Below the pieces are notes generated by a model that was not told where the DNA came from, searched no databases, and saw only the letters and a program-made list of their open reading frames with translations. Of a DNA stretch of 64,000 bases, positions 50,574 to 60,642 are shown one piece after another. The stretch comes from Acidobacteriota bacterium (GTDB taxonomy: Bacteria > Acidobacteriota > UBA890 > WLXD01): positions 4,448,001-4,512,000 of the forward strand of contig CBDFKD010000002.1 of the NCBI GenBank assembly GCA_965248695.1, read 5' to 3'. Numbering within the stretch: position 1 is the first letter of the stretch; every line of letters starts with the position of its first letter. The position numbers and the translations under genes were made by a program.

Positions 50574-51478
50574 GCATCGTCGTTGTCGGTTCGGTGGCGT
50601 TCGACACCGTGATCACGCCCTACGGTCGCGTTGACGATGCGCTGGGGGGAGCGGCGACATTCTTTGCGGTAGCGGCGTCGTACTTCTGTCCGGTGCAAGT
50701 GGTCGCCGTCGTCGGTGATGACTTCGGGCCACAACATGAGGCCGTGCTGTCGGAGTGCGGTGTGGACACGAGCGGCATCGAACGAGCCGCGGGAAAGACG
50801 TTCCGCTGGGGCGGCGAGTACTCGTGGAACCTCAACGAGCGCCAAACCCTGTTCACGGAGCTGAACGTATTCGAGAACTTTGCGCCGGTGCTGCCGACGG
50901 ATTTCCGTGCCACCCCCTACGTGTTCCTCGCCAACATTGCGCCGCAGCTGCAGCTGGCGGTGCTAGAGCAGGTAGAGAGCCCGAAGCTGGTGGCGCTCGA
51001 CACCATGAACTATTGGATCGAGGGCTCGCTGGAGGCGCTACGGAACACCTTGCGACACGTCGACATCCTGGTAATCAACGATGAGGAAGCGCGCGAGCTC
51101 TCCGATGCGTACAACCTCGTCGAGGCGGCAGCGGCCATTCGGCGTCTCGGACCAGATAACGTCATCATAAAACGCGGCGAGCATGGCGCGACGGCGTTCC
51201 TCGACGACGAGATCTTCACCGTCCCGGGCCTGCCGCTGCGGCAGCTCGCCGACCCGACAGGCGCGGGCGACACGTTCGCGGGAGGCTTCATGGGGCATCT
51301 CGCCAGCACCGGTGATCACAGCGCCGGCGGGTTGCGCCGCGCCATCGTAGCCGGCAGCGTTCTCGCTTCCTTCTGCGTCGAAAGCTTCAGCCTGGACGGA
51401 ATTCGAGGGCTCGGTAGCGACCAGATCGCGGCGCGGTACGGTGAGTTCCAAGCGCTGACACGATTCGACGACATCTGA
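50570..51478 (+). CDS. PfkB family sugar/nucleoside kinase
   Basis: GSVAFD, DTMNYW, INDEE, DPTGAGDTFAGG. Confidence 0.9.
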   Translation: MSIVVVGSVAFDTVITPYGRVDDALGGAATFFAVAASYFCPVQVVAVVGDDFGPQHEAVLSECGVDTSGIERAAGKTFRWGGEYSWNLNERQTLFTELNVFENFAPVLPTDFRATPYVFLANIAPQLQLAVLEQVESPKLVALDTMNYWIEGSLEALRNTLRHVDILVINDEEARELSDAYNLVEAAAAIRRLGPDNVIIKRGEHGATAFLDDEIFTVPGLPLRQLADPTGAGDTFAGGFMGHLASTGDHSAGGLRRAIVAGSVLASFCVESFSLDGIRGLGSDQIAARYGEFQALTRFDDI

Positions 51479-51488
51479 CGAGGCAAGA

Positions 51489-52262
51489 ATGCTCCTGGCC
51501 ATCGACGTGGGCAATACCAGCACCCAGTTCGGGGTGTTTGACGGAGCCACACTCCGCGCCGATTGGCGGCTGCCCACGCACGGCAACGGCACAGCCGACG
51601 GGATGGGGCTGCTGTCGGTGTCGCTCCTGGAGCGTGAGCGCATCGGCGCCGACGAGATCTCGGGGATCGTCGTAGCAAGTGTGGTGCCGCCGCTGACCGG
51701 CGCCCTCACGCGCATGTCGCGGCGCTATTTCGATGTCGAGCCATTGCTCGTGAGCGCCGAGCTCGTTGACGACCTGCCGGTGCTCTACGACCCTCCTGGT
51801 GACGTCGGAGCCGACCGGATAGTCAACGCCGTAGCGGCGCGCGAGAAGTACGGCGTGCCGGCTGTCGTGGTGGACTTCGGAACCGCTACGACGTTCGATG
51901 TGATCAACCGTCAGGGTGCGTATCTCGGTGGTGTGATCGCGACGGGCGTGGGTGTATCGGCCGACGCGCTCTTCGCGCGCGCTGCGCGCCTGCCGCGGGT
52001 TGATGTGGAGCGGCCGTCGCAGGTTATCGGCCGGTCGACCGTGGGCAGCGTGCGTGCCGGCCTGTTCTACGGTTATGCGGACATGGTTGACGGCCTTCTT
52101 CGCCGCATCAGCGACGAGCTCGACGACGATCCCACGGTGGTCGCCACGGGAGGATGGGCGCGTACCGTCGGTGAAGCATGTGAGCGCATCCAGCACGTTG
52201 ATCCGCTGCTTACGCTCGAGGGTCTGAAGCTCATCCACGGCCGCTACGCGATCTCCCCATGA
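51489..52262 (+). CDS. coaX: Type III pantothenate kinase
   Basis: IDVGNT, GADR, DFGTATT, ATGG, LTLEGL. Confidence 0.96.
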   Translation: MLLAIDVGNTSTQFGVFDGATLRADWRLPTHGNGTADGMGLLSVSLLERERIGADEISGIVVASVVPPLTGALTRMSRRYFDVEPLLVSAELVDDLPVLYDPPGDVGADRIVNAVAAREKYGVPAVVVDFGTATTFDVINRQGAYLGGVIATGVGVSADALFARAARLPRVDVERPSQVIGRSTVGSVRAGLFYGYADMVDGLLRRISDELDDDPTVVATGGWARTVGEACERIQHVDPLLTLEGLKLIHGRYAISP

Positions 52263-53845
52263 GTGTTCCGAAAGAACTGGTCAAGGCGATCCGCCGCGCC
52301 GTGAGCCGTATTCACAGGAGCGGGCTCGAGGCCGAGCCGTCCGAGGCCGAGCTCGCCGCCGTCTTGGCGTTCGAGTCGGCGTTCGAGACGGGGCTCCGTG
52401 ATGCAGTAGCTACGGGCCCACCGGAGCGGCTCGCGGCTATCATCCGTCTCGTCCGCCTGCTACGCGCGGGTGGGCTGGCGAACGAGATCGCCTCGTTGGC
52501 GCTGCGTCGTCCGGTTCCGCTGGGCGCCAAGGTGGAGGCAATTGGGCTGCTTCGCGATGTCGGTGTCGAGATCCCGAAGGAGGTTGAAGAAACCCTGCGC
52601 GTGGCTCACGAATTCGTCGACACGCCGGATCGCGATGGCCTGCAGACCGTGCTGTCGTTGCCGGAGGCCTGGAGGGAACCGGTGCTAAGCGCCTGGCTGG
52701 TTCGCCCCGGGTCGGATGCTCGCCTGCTGGAGTCGATCCTCGACCTCGACCCCGCTATGGACGAGATCATTGTCGATCGGCTCGGTGCCTCAGGATCACG
52801 GGAAGCGGTGCCGGTGCTGCAGCGCATCGCGGCGGAGGACGGAAGGCTGAGGAAGGCGGCCAAGCGGGCCCTACATCGCCTACGGGCCGCCGGCGTCGAT
52901 GTGACCGGGGAGATGCCGACCGGGGAGGGGTTCTCGCTGCAGATCGCACCCGATACGGAGCGTGAGTCACGCGCCTTCACGACCGGCATCGACGGCTCGG
53001 GAGGACGCATCGTTTGGGTGATGGCGCCCACCAGCAAGGGCGGCTTTCGACTGCTGGAGGCGGTCGTCGATGACCAGCGCGGGTTGCGCAAGTCCGAGGT
53101 CATGTCCGTGGCCCTCAAAGGTTTCAGAGCTCATATCGAGCGGCTGCGTGCGAATCCGGCGATCCTGGTCGCCCAGCTCGAACCCGCCCAAGCCGTCGCG
53201 ATCCTGCGCGCCGGAGAGGCACTCGCGGCCGAAGCCGGCGAGTCGCTGGCGGCGGAGTACGTACTCTGGCGAGACGATATCGCCGCCGGGTTGTTTGCCA
53301 CTCCGGCCGCGTCGTCACCAGACGGCCGCAGAGATCCCGACGCGAACTCCGCCCCGGTGCCGACGGAACCTGTCACCAACGACGTAGAAAGCTCGATGTC
53401 GGAACAACGCGAGCTGCTGGCACAGTCGGCCGATCTGCTCGGTGAGCCGTATTTCGCCAACTGGGCCGTCCTCGGCGAGGTCGTCGAGAAGGCCGCTGCC
53501 GGAGTGCGCCGAGCCGAGACGAGCACGCTGGTGGTGGACGAGGAACAGCGCAAGCAACAGGTTGAGCGCGAGATCAGCGGCGTTGCCGAGGTCTTCGACA
53601 GCGCCATGCGGGAGCGCTACCGACAGCGGCTGGAGCAGATGGCGCAGGTGTTGCGGACCACGAAACACGAGCACGAAGCCCGCCTCGCGCTGGTCGCCGC
53701 GCATGGCTTCACGGAGGTTGCCGACCTGTATTCAGATCATCCGTTCGCGCGGGCAATGATCCAGCGCGGGGTGCTGGCGGCCTATCAGAACGTCCGTCAG
53801 GAGGAGGACCGTGAGTCGTCCGAGAGCCGCATTGTGCAACCCTGA
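52259..53845 (+). CDS. Hypothetical protein with HEAT-like repeats
   Basis: Long ORF with ATGA overlap to coaX; LRKAAKRALHRL HEAT-like segment. Confidence 0.65.
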   Translation: MSVPKELVKAIRRAVSRIHRSGLEAEPSEAELAAVLAFESAFETGLRDAVATGPPERLAAIIRLVRLLRAGGLANEIASLALRRPVPLGAKVEAIGLLRDVGVEIPKEVEETLRVAHEFVDTPDRDGLQTVLSLPEAWREPVLSAWLVRPGSDARLLESILDLDPAMDEIIVDRLGASGSREAVPVLQRIAAEDGRLRKAAKRALHRLRAAGVDVTGEMPTGEGFSLQIAPDTERESRAFTTGIDGSGGRIVWVMAPTSKGGFRLLEAVVDDQRGLRKSEVMSVALKGFRAHIERLRANPAILVAQLEPAQAVAILRAGEALAAEAGESLAAEYVLWRDDIAAGLFATPAASSPDGRRDPDANSAPVPTEPVTNDVESSMSEQRELLAQSADLLGEPYFANWAVLGEVVEKAAAGVRRAETSTLVVDEEQRKQQVEREISGVAEVFDSAMRERYRQRLEQMAQVLRTTKHEHEARLALVAAHGFTEVADLYSDHPFARAMIQRGVLAAYQNVRQEEDRESSESRIVQP

Positions 53846-54590
53846 GAGACGGCGCAGCCCTGAGACGCTCCTGCCGACCGTTCTCATGGTGGCGTTGCTC
53901 GCTGGTGCCTGTGCCGAAGATCGGTCGGCGCTGGAGCTGGCTCGCGAAGCGTCGGATGACGGTGACCGGGCGCGCTCGATCGGCTTGTATCAGCGGCATC
54001 TCGAGCAATCGTCCGACGATTTCGAGGCGCGGCTCGAATACACACTCCTGCTCGGAGAGGTGTGGGCATTTCGCGGTGGTGATCGGGGCCCGATCGTGGA
54101 GAGCCTGGAGCAACTGTACAACGCGCAACCCGATAATCTGAGGGTCAAGGAGCTGTACGCAATGATGCTGGTGCGCGAGGGGCAGGCCGCCGGCACCGCG
54201 CGCCGGTTCGAGGAAGCCGAGGGTTACTACCAGCGGGCCCTCGACGTCCACCCCGACGTAGGGACACCCAGCTACCACCTCGGGGTCATGTACCAGACGC
54301 AGGGTCGCGGTCAGGAAGCCTTCGAGGCGTACATCGCCGCGGCACTCAAGCGGCCGCCGATTCCGGATCTATACCTACGCCTGGGACGCGGCTATCTCGA
54401 ACGAGGAGATCTGGATCGCGCCATCAACACGCTGCAGCTTGTCAATGAGCTGCGAGGTACGTCGACCTACCTTCTTCCCGCCGCCCACTGCGCGCTGGCG
54501 GAGGCGTACCACCGGCGCGACGACGACGACACCGCCCGAGATCACCTCGCCAGAAGCGGAGCAGACTGCTCCGTCGCCGGACTTTCGTAG
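53811..54590 (+). CDS. TPR lipoprotein
   Basis: LAGAC lipobox; TPR motifs (AEGYYQRALDVHP, LYLRLGRGY). Confidence 0.75.
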   Translation: MSRPRAALCNPERRRSPETLLPTVLMVALLAGACAEDRSALELAREASDDGDRARSIGLYQRHLEQSSDDFEARLEYTLLLGEVWAFRGGDRGPIVESLEQLYNAQPDNLRVKELYAMMLVREGQAAGTARRFEEAEGYYQRALDVHPDVGTPSYHLGVMYQTQGRGQEAFEAYIAAALKRPPIPDLYLRLGRGYLERGDLDRAINTLQLVNELRGTSTYLLPAAHCALAEAYHRRDDDDTARDHLARSGADCSVAGLS

Positions 54591-54682
54591 CGTTGCGGGC
54601 AAGCGGCGGCGAACCAGCGGATGCGCCGGCAGCGATCGTAGTCTCAGGTAGGTGCTGTCGACGCGTAGGGGGTAGTAGGGCG

Positions 54683-54967
54683 TCAGATGAACACCAGGTC
54701 ACCGGCCTGCTCGAAGGGCTCGCGGCCGATCATGTCGATCGCATCCCAAGGGCAGTAGCGGGCGCAGAGCACGCAGCCGATGCAGGTTTCCTTGTCGATC
54801 AGCACGTACTTTTCGGCCGGGTTGTCCTCCGGCTGTACGAGATCGATGCAATCCACCGGGCAGAAGATGATGCAAGCTTCGCATCCCGTGCAGTCGTCCC
54901 GGCGCACGATAGCGATGGAGGCGGAACGCTTCTTCGGCCGTTTCTTCTTCTTCACGGCGGTAGCCAT
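54683..54967 (-). CDS. 2[4Fe-4S] ferredoxin-like protein
   Basis: CTGCEACIIFCP and CIGCVLCARYCP; Lys-rich N-terminus. Confidence 0.88.
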   Translation of the reverse strand: MATAVKKKKRPKKRSASIAIVRRDDCTGCEACIIFCPVDCIDLVQPEDNPAEKYVLIDKETCIGCVLCARYCPWDAIDMIGREPFEQAGDLVFI

Positions 54968-55157
54968 GCTTCTCGTCGTCCCCCAACATCGGCTGCGCGA
55001 AGCGCCGCCGAAACCATCGATTCGACCCTGGCAAAGGAGAATACAGCCAGGACACTTAACTCTCAAACTTGCGACGGATACGTGTCATAGACCTCCATCT
55101 GAGGTCCACCTATAATCCGTAGTAGGTGATCAAACGGTCTATCGTGCAATCTGAGCC

Positions 55158-55946
55158 ATGAATCTCGGCGGCAATCGGTACCCAAAACTCCAACTTCGCG
55201 ACGAGAAGTCTCGCCGCTGGGCGAAGATGCGTCTGGAGTCAGACAAGGTCCCGACTGCGCCCGCGGGTGCCGGCGCCGAGGTCTTCCGCGAGTATCTCGA
55301 CGAGGACAACGAGGAGCGCACGGTCTCTTTGAAGAAGTCGGGGGTGTTCGCGCTCGCGGCGCACTTCGTTGCTTTCTTGCTGGTGATACCCGCAGCGATT
55401 CCAGAAGCGGTCGAGCTCGAGCGGACGGTCGCAACGGTGGTCAAGCGCTACACCCCGCCAGCGCCGCCCGCGAAGGCGAAAAAGACGAAGCGGAAGAAAT
55501 CGGCCTCGGTCGTGCCGATTCCTGACCCGACGCCAGACGATCCGGAGCCCATCGAACCGGAGGCCTCCGATGTCGATATGGGAGAGTTCGACGACGAGTT
55601 TGCCATCGGTGATCCGATGGGCATCCCGGGTGCCGGCGGACTGCGGGGCCAGGCGTTCCGCGCCGGTGACGGCGGCGTTCTCTCGCCCCAGGTAGTGCGG
55701 CGGATCGACCCGGAATACACTCCCGAAGCTACCCGCAAGGGGATCCAGGGAGAAGTTTGGATCGAGGCGGTAGTGGACGTGGATGGATCGGTCGTGGAGC
55801 CGCGCCTGCTGCGTGGGTTACCCGACGAGGAGCTCAACGCACGCGCCATGGAAGCCATCCAGCGATGGATCTTCAAGCCCGGGATGAAAGACGGTGTGGC
55901 AGTGCCGGTGATCGCAGTCTTTACGGTTACCTACAGGCTGCACTAG
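55158..55946 (+). CDS. Energy transducer TonB family protein
   Basis: TM helix with His, Pro-rich linker, PEYTPEA...GIQGEV...WIFKPG. Confidence 0.85.
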   Translation: MNLGGNRYPKLQLRDEKSRRWAKMRLESDKVPTAPAGAGAEVFREYLDEDNEERTVSLKKSGVFALAAHFVAFLLVIPAAIPEAVELERTVATVVKRYTPPAPPAKAKKTKRKKSASVVPIPDPTPDDPEPIEPEASDVDMGEFDDEFAIGDPMGIPGAGGLRGQAFRAGDGGVLSPQVVRRIDPEYTPEATRKGIQGEVWIEAVVDVDGSVVEPRLLRGLPDEELNARAMEAIQRWIFKPGMKDGVAVPVIAVFTVTYRLH

Positions 55947-55973
55947 CCGTAGCGCGCCCATGCGAAACCCGCG

Positions 55974-56723
55974 ATGGGCTCTCTTGCCTTGCTACGCACC
56001 CTGACTACCGGCGTCGTAATGGCGCTAACGATTCCTGTCGCCGGAGCGATCGGGTTCGTGGCGATGTGGATCGCCGGTTCGCCACGGCCCCTGTACCGCC
56101 TTGCGTTCCCGGTTGCTCGTGGCCTCATGGGCGTCGCCGGGATCCGGCTTCGGGTGCACGGGCGGGAGCGACTGGATGCCGCAGCTACCTATGTATTCGT
56201 GGCGAATCACGCCAGCAACGTCGACCCGCCGGTGGTGTTTGTGGCGATCGGCCGGAACATTCGCGCGCTCGCCAAGGCGGAGGTCTTCAAGCTGCCGGTG
56301 TTCGGGGCTGTTCTCCGCGCGGCAGGCTTTCCAGCCGTGTACCGCGACGACCGGGATCGCGCCATGCAGGCCGTCGACCTTGCCGCCGATGCCCTGCGAC
56401 GAGGACATGATTTCCTCGTCTTCGCCGAGGGAACGCGGAGCGAGGATGGTCGCCTGCAGCGTTTCAAGAAAGGACCGTTCGTGATGGCGATCAAGGCACA
56501 GGTATCGGTGGTGCCGGTCGTCGTGCGCGGCACCTACGAGATCCAACCCAAGGGAAGACTGGCGATTCGACCGGGGGTTGCCGACGTTGAATTCCTCGCG
56601 CCGATCCTGACTCGGGGACTGGATTTCGGCGACCGGAACGAGCTGCGTGATCGTGCCCACGCGGCGATCGGGGAAGCGCTCGAGGCCCCGGTACCCACCG
56701 TTCCGGAATCCGGATTGCAATGA
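55974..56723 (+). CDS. plsC: 1-acyl-sn-glycerol-3-phosphate acyltransferase
   Basis: NHASNVD, FAEGTRS, FKKG; start approximate. Confidence 0.88.
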   Translation: MGSLALLRTLTTGVVMALTIPVAGAIGFVAMWIAGSPRPLYRLAFPVARGLMGVAGIRLRVHGRERLDAAATYVFVANHASNVDPPVVFVAIGRNIRALAKAEVFKLPVFGAVLRAAGFPAVYRDDRDRAMQAVDLAADALRRGHDFLVFAEGTRSEDGRLQRFKKGPFVMAIKAQVSVVPVVVRGTYEIQPKGRLAIRPGVADVEFLAPILTRGLDFGDRNELRDRAHAAIGEALEAPVPTVPESGLQ

Positions 56724-56790
56724 TCCGGAGGCGCCCGTACCCTGCTGGCGTTGGCTCCCAGACCGGGCCTGCCAGCCACCCGAGGGCCTG

Positions 56791-57456
56791 ATGTCCGCTG
56801 ACGCGCCCCATGCTAGCGCCGACCAACTCGGCTCGCGTTTCGATCGAGAGGGCATGCGCGTTGCGATGGAGCAATTCCTTGCCGCCGCCGGCCTCCCGGA
56901 CGACGCGGCGGGCGCCGCCCCCGACAACACTGCCGCAGCGTGGATCGAGCACCTTCTGAGCGGTTATTCCACCGATCCGGGCTCGGTACTCGAGCCGGTG
57001 TGGCCGGAGCGGTCCGGCGACATCATCACGGTCACCGGAATTCCTTTCGTGTCGGTATGTGCGCATCATCTCCTACCGTTCTTCGGAGTCGCGCATGTGG
57101 CGTATCTGCCTGACGGTCATCTGACGGGTCTGTCACGGATCGAAGAGCTGGTTCATTGCCTGTCACGGCGACTGCAGATGCAGGAGCGACTGGGCGAACA
57201 GATCGTCGAAGAACTGATGGCGGGCGTCGGTGCACTCGGAACGGCGTGCGTTGTCGAGGCCGAGCACCTGTGTGTGTTCGCGCGCGGCAAGCGGCAACGC
57301 GGTAGCGTTACACGAACTGCGGCGTTCGCCGGCAGGCTGGCGACCGACCAGCGGCTGCAAGATCATTGCCTGGCCTGGCTGAGGCCGGGGGAGCCGGGGG
57401 AACGAACCCCAGACGAGCGCCGTGCGGCGGTACCCACCAGGAGCGGGGACGAATGA
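56791..57456 (+). CDS. folE: GTP cyclohydrolase I-like protein (divergent)
   Basis: SVCAHHLLPFFG, AYLP, GLSR, QMQERL, HLC..ARG. Confidence 0.8.
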   Translation: MSADAPHASADQLGSRFDREGMRVAMEQFLAAAGLPDDAAGAAPDNTAAAWIEHLLSGYSTDPGSVLEPVWPERSGDIITVTGIPFVSVCAHHLLPFFGVAHVAYLPDGHLTGLSRIEELVHCLSRRLQMQERLGEQIVEELMAGVGALGTACVVEAEHLCVFARGKRQRGSVTRTAAFAGRLATDQRLQDHCLAWLRPGEPGERTPDERRAAVPTRSGDE

Positions 57457-57623
57457 GCGACAACGAAACCGGAGTAGGTGTGAATGGCGAGCCAGATGAC
57501 TTCGCGGCTCGATACGATCGTATGGTCGCGGGCGGAGGCCGGGGGTGGGTCGTGAAGACGATCCTGGGCGTGATCGTCCTGCTGGCGCTCCTTGCCGCCG
57601 GCCGTACATTGATAGGGCTATAG
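57453..57623 (+). CDS. Small membrane protein
   Basis: ATGA overlap with folE; single C-terminal TM; fills the gap before the Lon-like gene. Confidence 0.5.
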   Translation: MSDNETGVGVNGEPDDFAARYDRMVAGGGRGWVVKTILGVIVLLALLAAGRTLIGL

Positions 57624-57628
57624 GCCCT

Positions 57629-60115
57629 GTGGATGTCGATACGCTCCGGTTGACGCCAGAGCAACTGCGCAGCACCTGCGACCCGGCGAGCCTGCCTTTC
57701 GATACCACCGCCGACGTTGAACCGCTCAACGAGATCATCGGCCAGGATCGCGCCGTGCGGGCGATCGAGTTCGGCCTGGATATCTCGAGCTCGGGATTCA
57801 ATCTCTTCCTCGCCGGCGCTCCGGGTACCGGCCGGAAGACCATTCTGCGGCGCATCCTGGCGCGCTGCTGCGAGGGCCGGCGCACACCTTCTGACATCGC
57901 CTACGTACACAACTTCGACGACCCGGACTCGCCGTGTGTTCTCGAGTTGCCGGCCGGCATGGGCGCCCGTCTGCGCGATGACCACAGCGAGCTGGTCGAG
58001 GAGCTCAAGGATCGCGTTCCGAAGGCCTTCGAAGGTAAGGCGTACGAGGAGCAGCAACGTGCCACCGCGGAACGCTTCCAGTCACAGAAAAAGGCGTTGC
58101 TGGAGACGCTCGAGGGCGAGGCGGCGGAACTCGGGTTCGAGATCAAAAGCACGCCTATGGGATTCCGCACGATTCCCGTTCGCGACAAGAAGCCGCTCAC
58201 GCAGGAGGAGTATCAGGTTATGCCGGAGGACGAGCGCAAGGAGCTCGACTCCCGCATGGAGGGCCTGCAGGAGAAGATTCGCGGCGTGATGTCCGAGGTC
58301 AAGGACGTCGACCAGGCGCTGAAGGAAGAGGTCCGAGACCTCAACCGCCAAGTGGCCACCAATGTGCTCGGCACGCTGATGAGCGATCTGAGGCGACGGT
58401 ACAAGGACCTCGACGCGAGCATCGAGCACCTACGGCGGATGGAGCAGGACGTGCTCGAGAACATCGAGCAGTTCCGCCCAAGCGACGAGCCACAGTTGCC
58501 GATTCCGGGCCTGCGCATGCCGCGGCAGGAGCCCGACCTGGCGCGCTACGAGGTCAATCTCATCGTCGACAACGGGGCCGCTCACGGCGCTCCGGTGATC
58601 GTCGAGAACAACCCCACCTACGCTAACCTGGTCGGCCGCATCGAACGGCGTGCGCAGTTTGGCGCCTTGATCACCGATTTCACGATGATTCGCGCTGGTT
58701 CGCTCGCCAAGGCTAACGGCGGCTACCTGGTGCTCGACATCGAGGACGTGCTGCGCAATCCGTTTGTCTACGAGGCGCTCAAGCGCGCGCTGGTAAATAA
58801 GGAAGTGCGCGTGGAGGACGTCGCCGAACGCTACGGAATGTTCTCCGCAGCGACGCTCCGGCCGCAGCCCATCCCTCTGGATGTGAAGGTCTGTCTCATC
58901 GGCCACCCGCGTTACTACCATCTGTTGTTTGCCCACGACGAGGTGTTTCGCGAGATCTTCAAGGTTAAGGCGGACTTCGACTACCAGGCGGAGCGCAACG
59001 ACGAGGCGGTGTCCCGGTTCGGGCCGTTCATCGCCCAGCTCATCGACCGAGAGGACCTACCGCACTTCCACCGCAGCGCCGTGGCTGCAGTAGTCGATGA
59101 GAGCTCGCGCAACGTCGAGGATCAGCAGAAGGTCTCTCTACGGTTCGGCGAGCTGAACGATCTCATCCGTGAGGCTGCTTATTGGGCGCGGCAGGATGAG
59201 TCGGAGCTCGTCATGGACCGACATGTGGAGCGCGCCGTCGAGGAGGCAGAGTTTCGCGCGTCGCTCAGTAAGGAGCGCGTCCAGGAGTTCATCCAGCGCG
59301 AGATCATCCTGGTCGACACGGACGGCGAGGTCGCCGGGCAGATCAACGGCCTAGCGGTGCACATGCTCGGCGACTACCACTTCGGCCGACCGTCGCGGAT
59401 CACCGTGTCGGTGCATCTCGGTCGCGACGGCGTGGTCAACATCGAGCGTCGAGTTCGCATGTCGCACGCCACCCATGACAAGGGCGTGCTCATCCTCACC
59501 GGCTTCCTCGGCGATCGGTTTGCCCAGGAGCAGCCGCTGACGTTATCTGCCTCGTTGACCTTCGAGCAATCCTACTCCGAGATCGCCGGCGATTCGGCTT
59601 CTAGCACCGAGCTATACGTGCTGCTCTCGGCGCTCGCCGAGGTGCCTATCAAGCAGGGCATCGCGGTCACCGGATCGGTCAACCAGCGCGGGCAGGTGCA
59701 AGCGATCGGTGGAGTCAATTACAAGATCGAGGGGTTCTTCGACGTTTGTGCCGCCCGTGGGCTCACCGGCGAGCAGGGGGTCATGATCCCGGGCGCGAAC
59801 GTGCAGCATCTGATGCTACGTCAGGATGTGGTGGATGCGGTCGCCGCGGGTCAGTTCAATATTTGGGCGGTCGACCACGTCGACCAGGGCATCGCAGTGC
59901 TGACCGGAGTACCGGCCGGCGATCTCGATGAGGAAGGCGACTGGACGGCCGACTCGATCAACGCGCGGGTCCAGGGGCGCCTACGCGCGTTCGGCAAGCA
60001 GCTGATGACGTGGGGTCGCGGCTTCCAGGACTCGACACCAGAAATGGTGCAGCCTACCGCGGCCGGCGACGAGATGCCGCCGCCGCCCAAGCCGCCGGAC
60101 GGTCCGCCGGAGTAG
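57629..60115 (+). CDS. Lon-like protease, LonC/AAA_32 type
   Basis: IIGQDRA, GAPGTGRKT (degenerate Walker A), coiled-coil insert, GQINGL, GDSAS (catalytic Ser), GGVNYKIEGF (catalytic Lys). Confidence 0.92.
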   Translation: MDVDTLRLTPEQLRSTCDPASLPFDTTADVEPLNEIIGQDRAVRAIEFGLDISSSGFNLFLAGAPGTGRKTILRRILARCCEGRRTPSDIAYVHNFDDPDSPCVLELPAGMGARLRDDHSELVEELKDRVPKAFEGKAYEEQQRATAERFQSQKKALLETLEGEAAELGFEIKSTPMGFRTIPVRDKKPLTQEEYQVMPEDERKELDSRMEGLQEKIRGVMSEVKDVDQALKEEVRDLNRQVATNVLGTLMSDLRRRYKDLDASIEHLRRMEQDVLENIEQFRPSDEPQLPIPGLRMPRQEPDLARYEVNLIVDNGAAHGAPVIVENNPTYANLVGRIERRAQFGALITDFTMIRAGSLAKANGGYLVLDIEDVLRNPFVYEALKRALVNKEVRVEDVAERYGMFSAATLRPQPIPLDVKVCLIGHPRYYHLLFAHDEVFREIFKVKADFDYQAERNDEAVSRFGPFIAQLIDREDLPHFHRSAVAAVVDESSRNVEDQQKVSLRFGELNDLIREAAYWARQDESELVMDRHVERAVEEAEFRASLSKERVQEFIQREIILVDTDGEVAGQINGLAVHMLGDYHFGRPSRITVSVHLGRDGVVNIERRVRMSHATHDKGVLILTGFLGDRFAQEQPLTLSASLTFEQSYSEIAGDSASSTELYVLLSALAEVPIKQGIAVTGSVNQRGQVQAIGGVNYKIEGFFDVCAARGLTGEQGVMIPGANVQHLMLRQDVVDAVAAGQFNIWAVDHVDQGIAVLTGVPAGDLDEEGDWTADSINARVQGRLRAFGKQLMTWGRGFQDSTPEMVQPTAAGDEMPPPPKPPDGPPE

Positions 60116-60186
60116 ACCGTCATTGCTGGGCCCGGACAACTACCCCGAAGGGGTCGTGGCGAAGATCATGAAGGTTTGCATGCGAT

Positions 60187-60555
60187 TCAGGCGGCGGGTT
60201 CCTCGCTCTCCGGTTCCTCGCCGTCGGCGTCCTCGTCGTCCCAGTCGAGCGCCATGTCTGCCAGCGAGCGCGGCGCTTCCGTCGCCGGGTCGGTAGTTGC
60301 GGCGTGGAGATGGTCTTTGAGACGACCGAATTCGCGAAACGGTAAGGCCTCGGGGGGCGCGCTCGCCGGTGGCCGGCCGAGGGCCACGTCTAGGGCTCGA
60401 CGGGCCTCGTAGATGGCGCCATCGAGGCTCTTGAGCGCGGCGTGCAAACGTAGCAGCACCGGATCATGATCGATCGTTGCATCGGCCTTTGCCGGCGGCG
60501 CTCCGATCGACGGAGGTTGGTTCGGGTCTTGTTTCATCGGATTCTCCACAGACAC
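60187..60555 (-). CDS. Hypothetical protein
   Basis: ORF filling the gap, with a helical core and acidic tail; ATG at 60537 follows GGAG. Confidence 0.45.
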   Translation of the reverse strand: MSVENPMKQDPNQPPSIGAPPAKADATIDHDPVLLRLHAALKSLDGAIYEARRALDVALGRPPASAPPEALPFREFGRLKDHLHAATTDPATEAPRSLADMALDWDDEDADGEEPESEEPAA

Positions 60556-60642
60556 TCTTCAATCCTAGGCGGCCGGGTGCCGGTCACCAAAGCAAAAAAA
60601 AGTTGCCGGAGGAGAGCGTTGAAGGCAGCGGTGTCTTAGATC

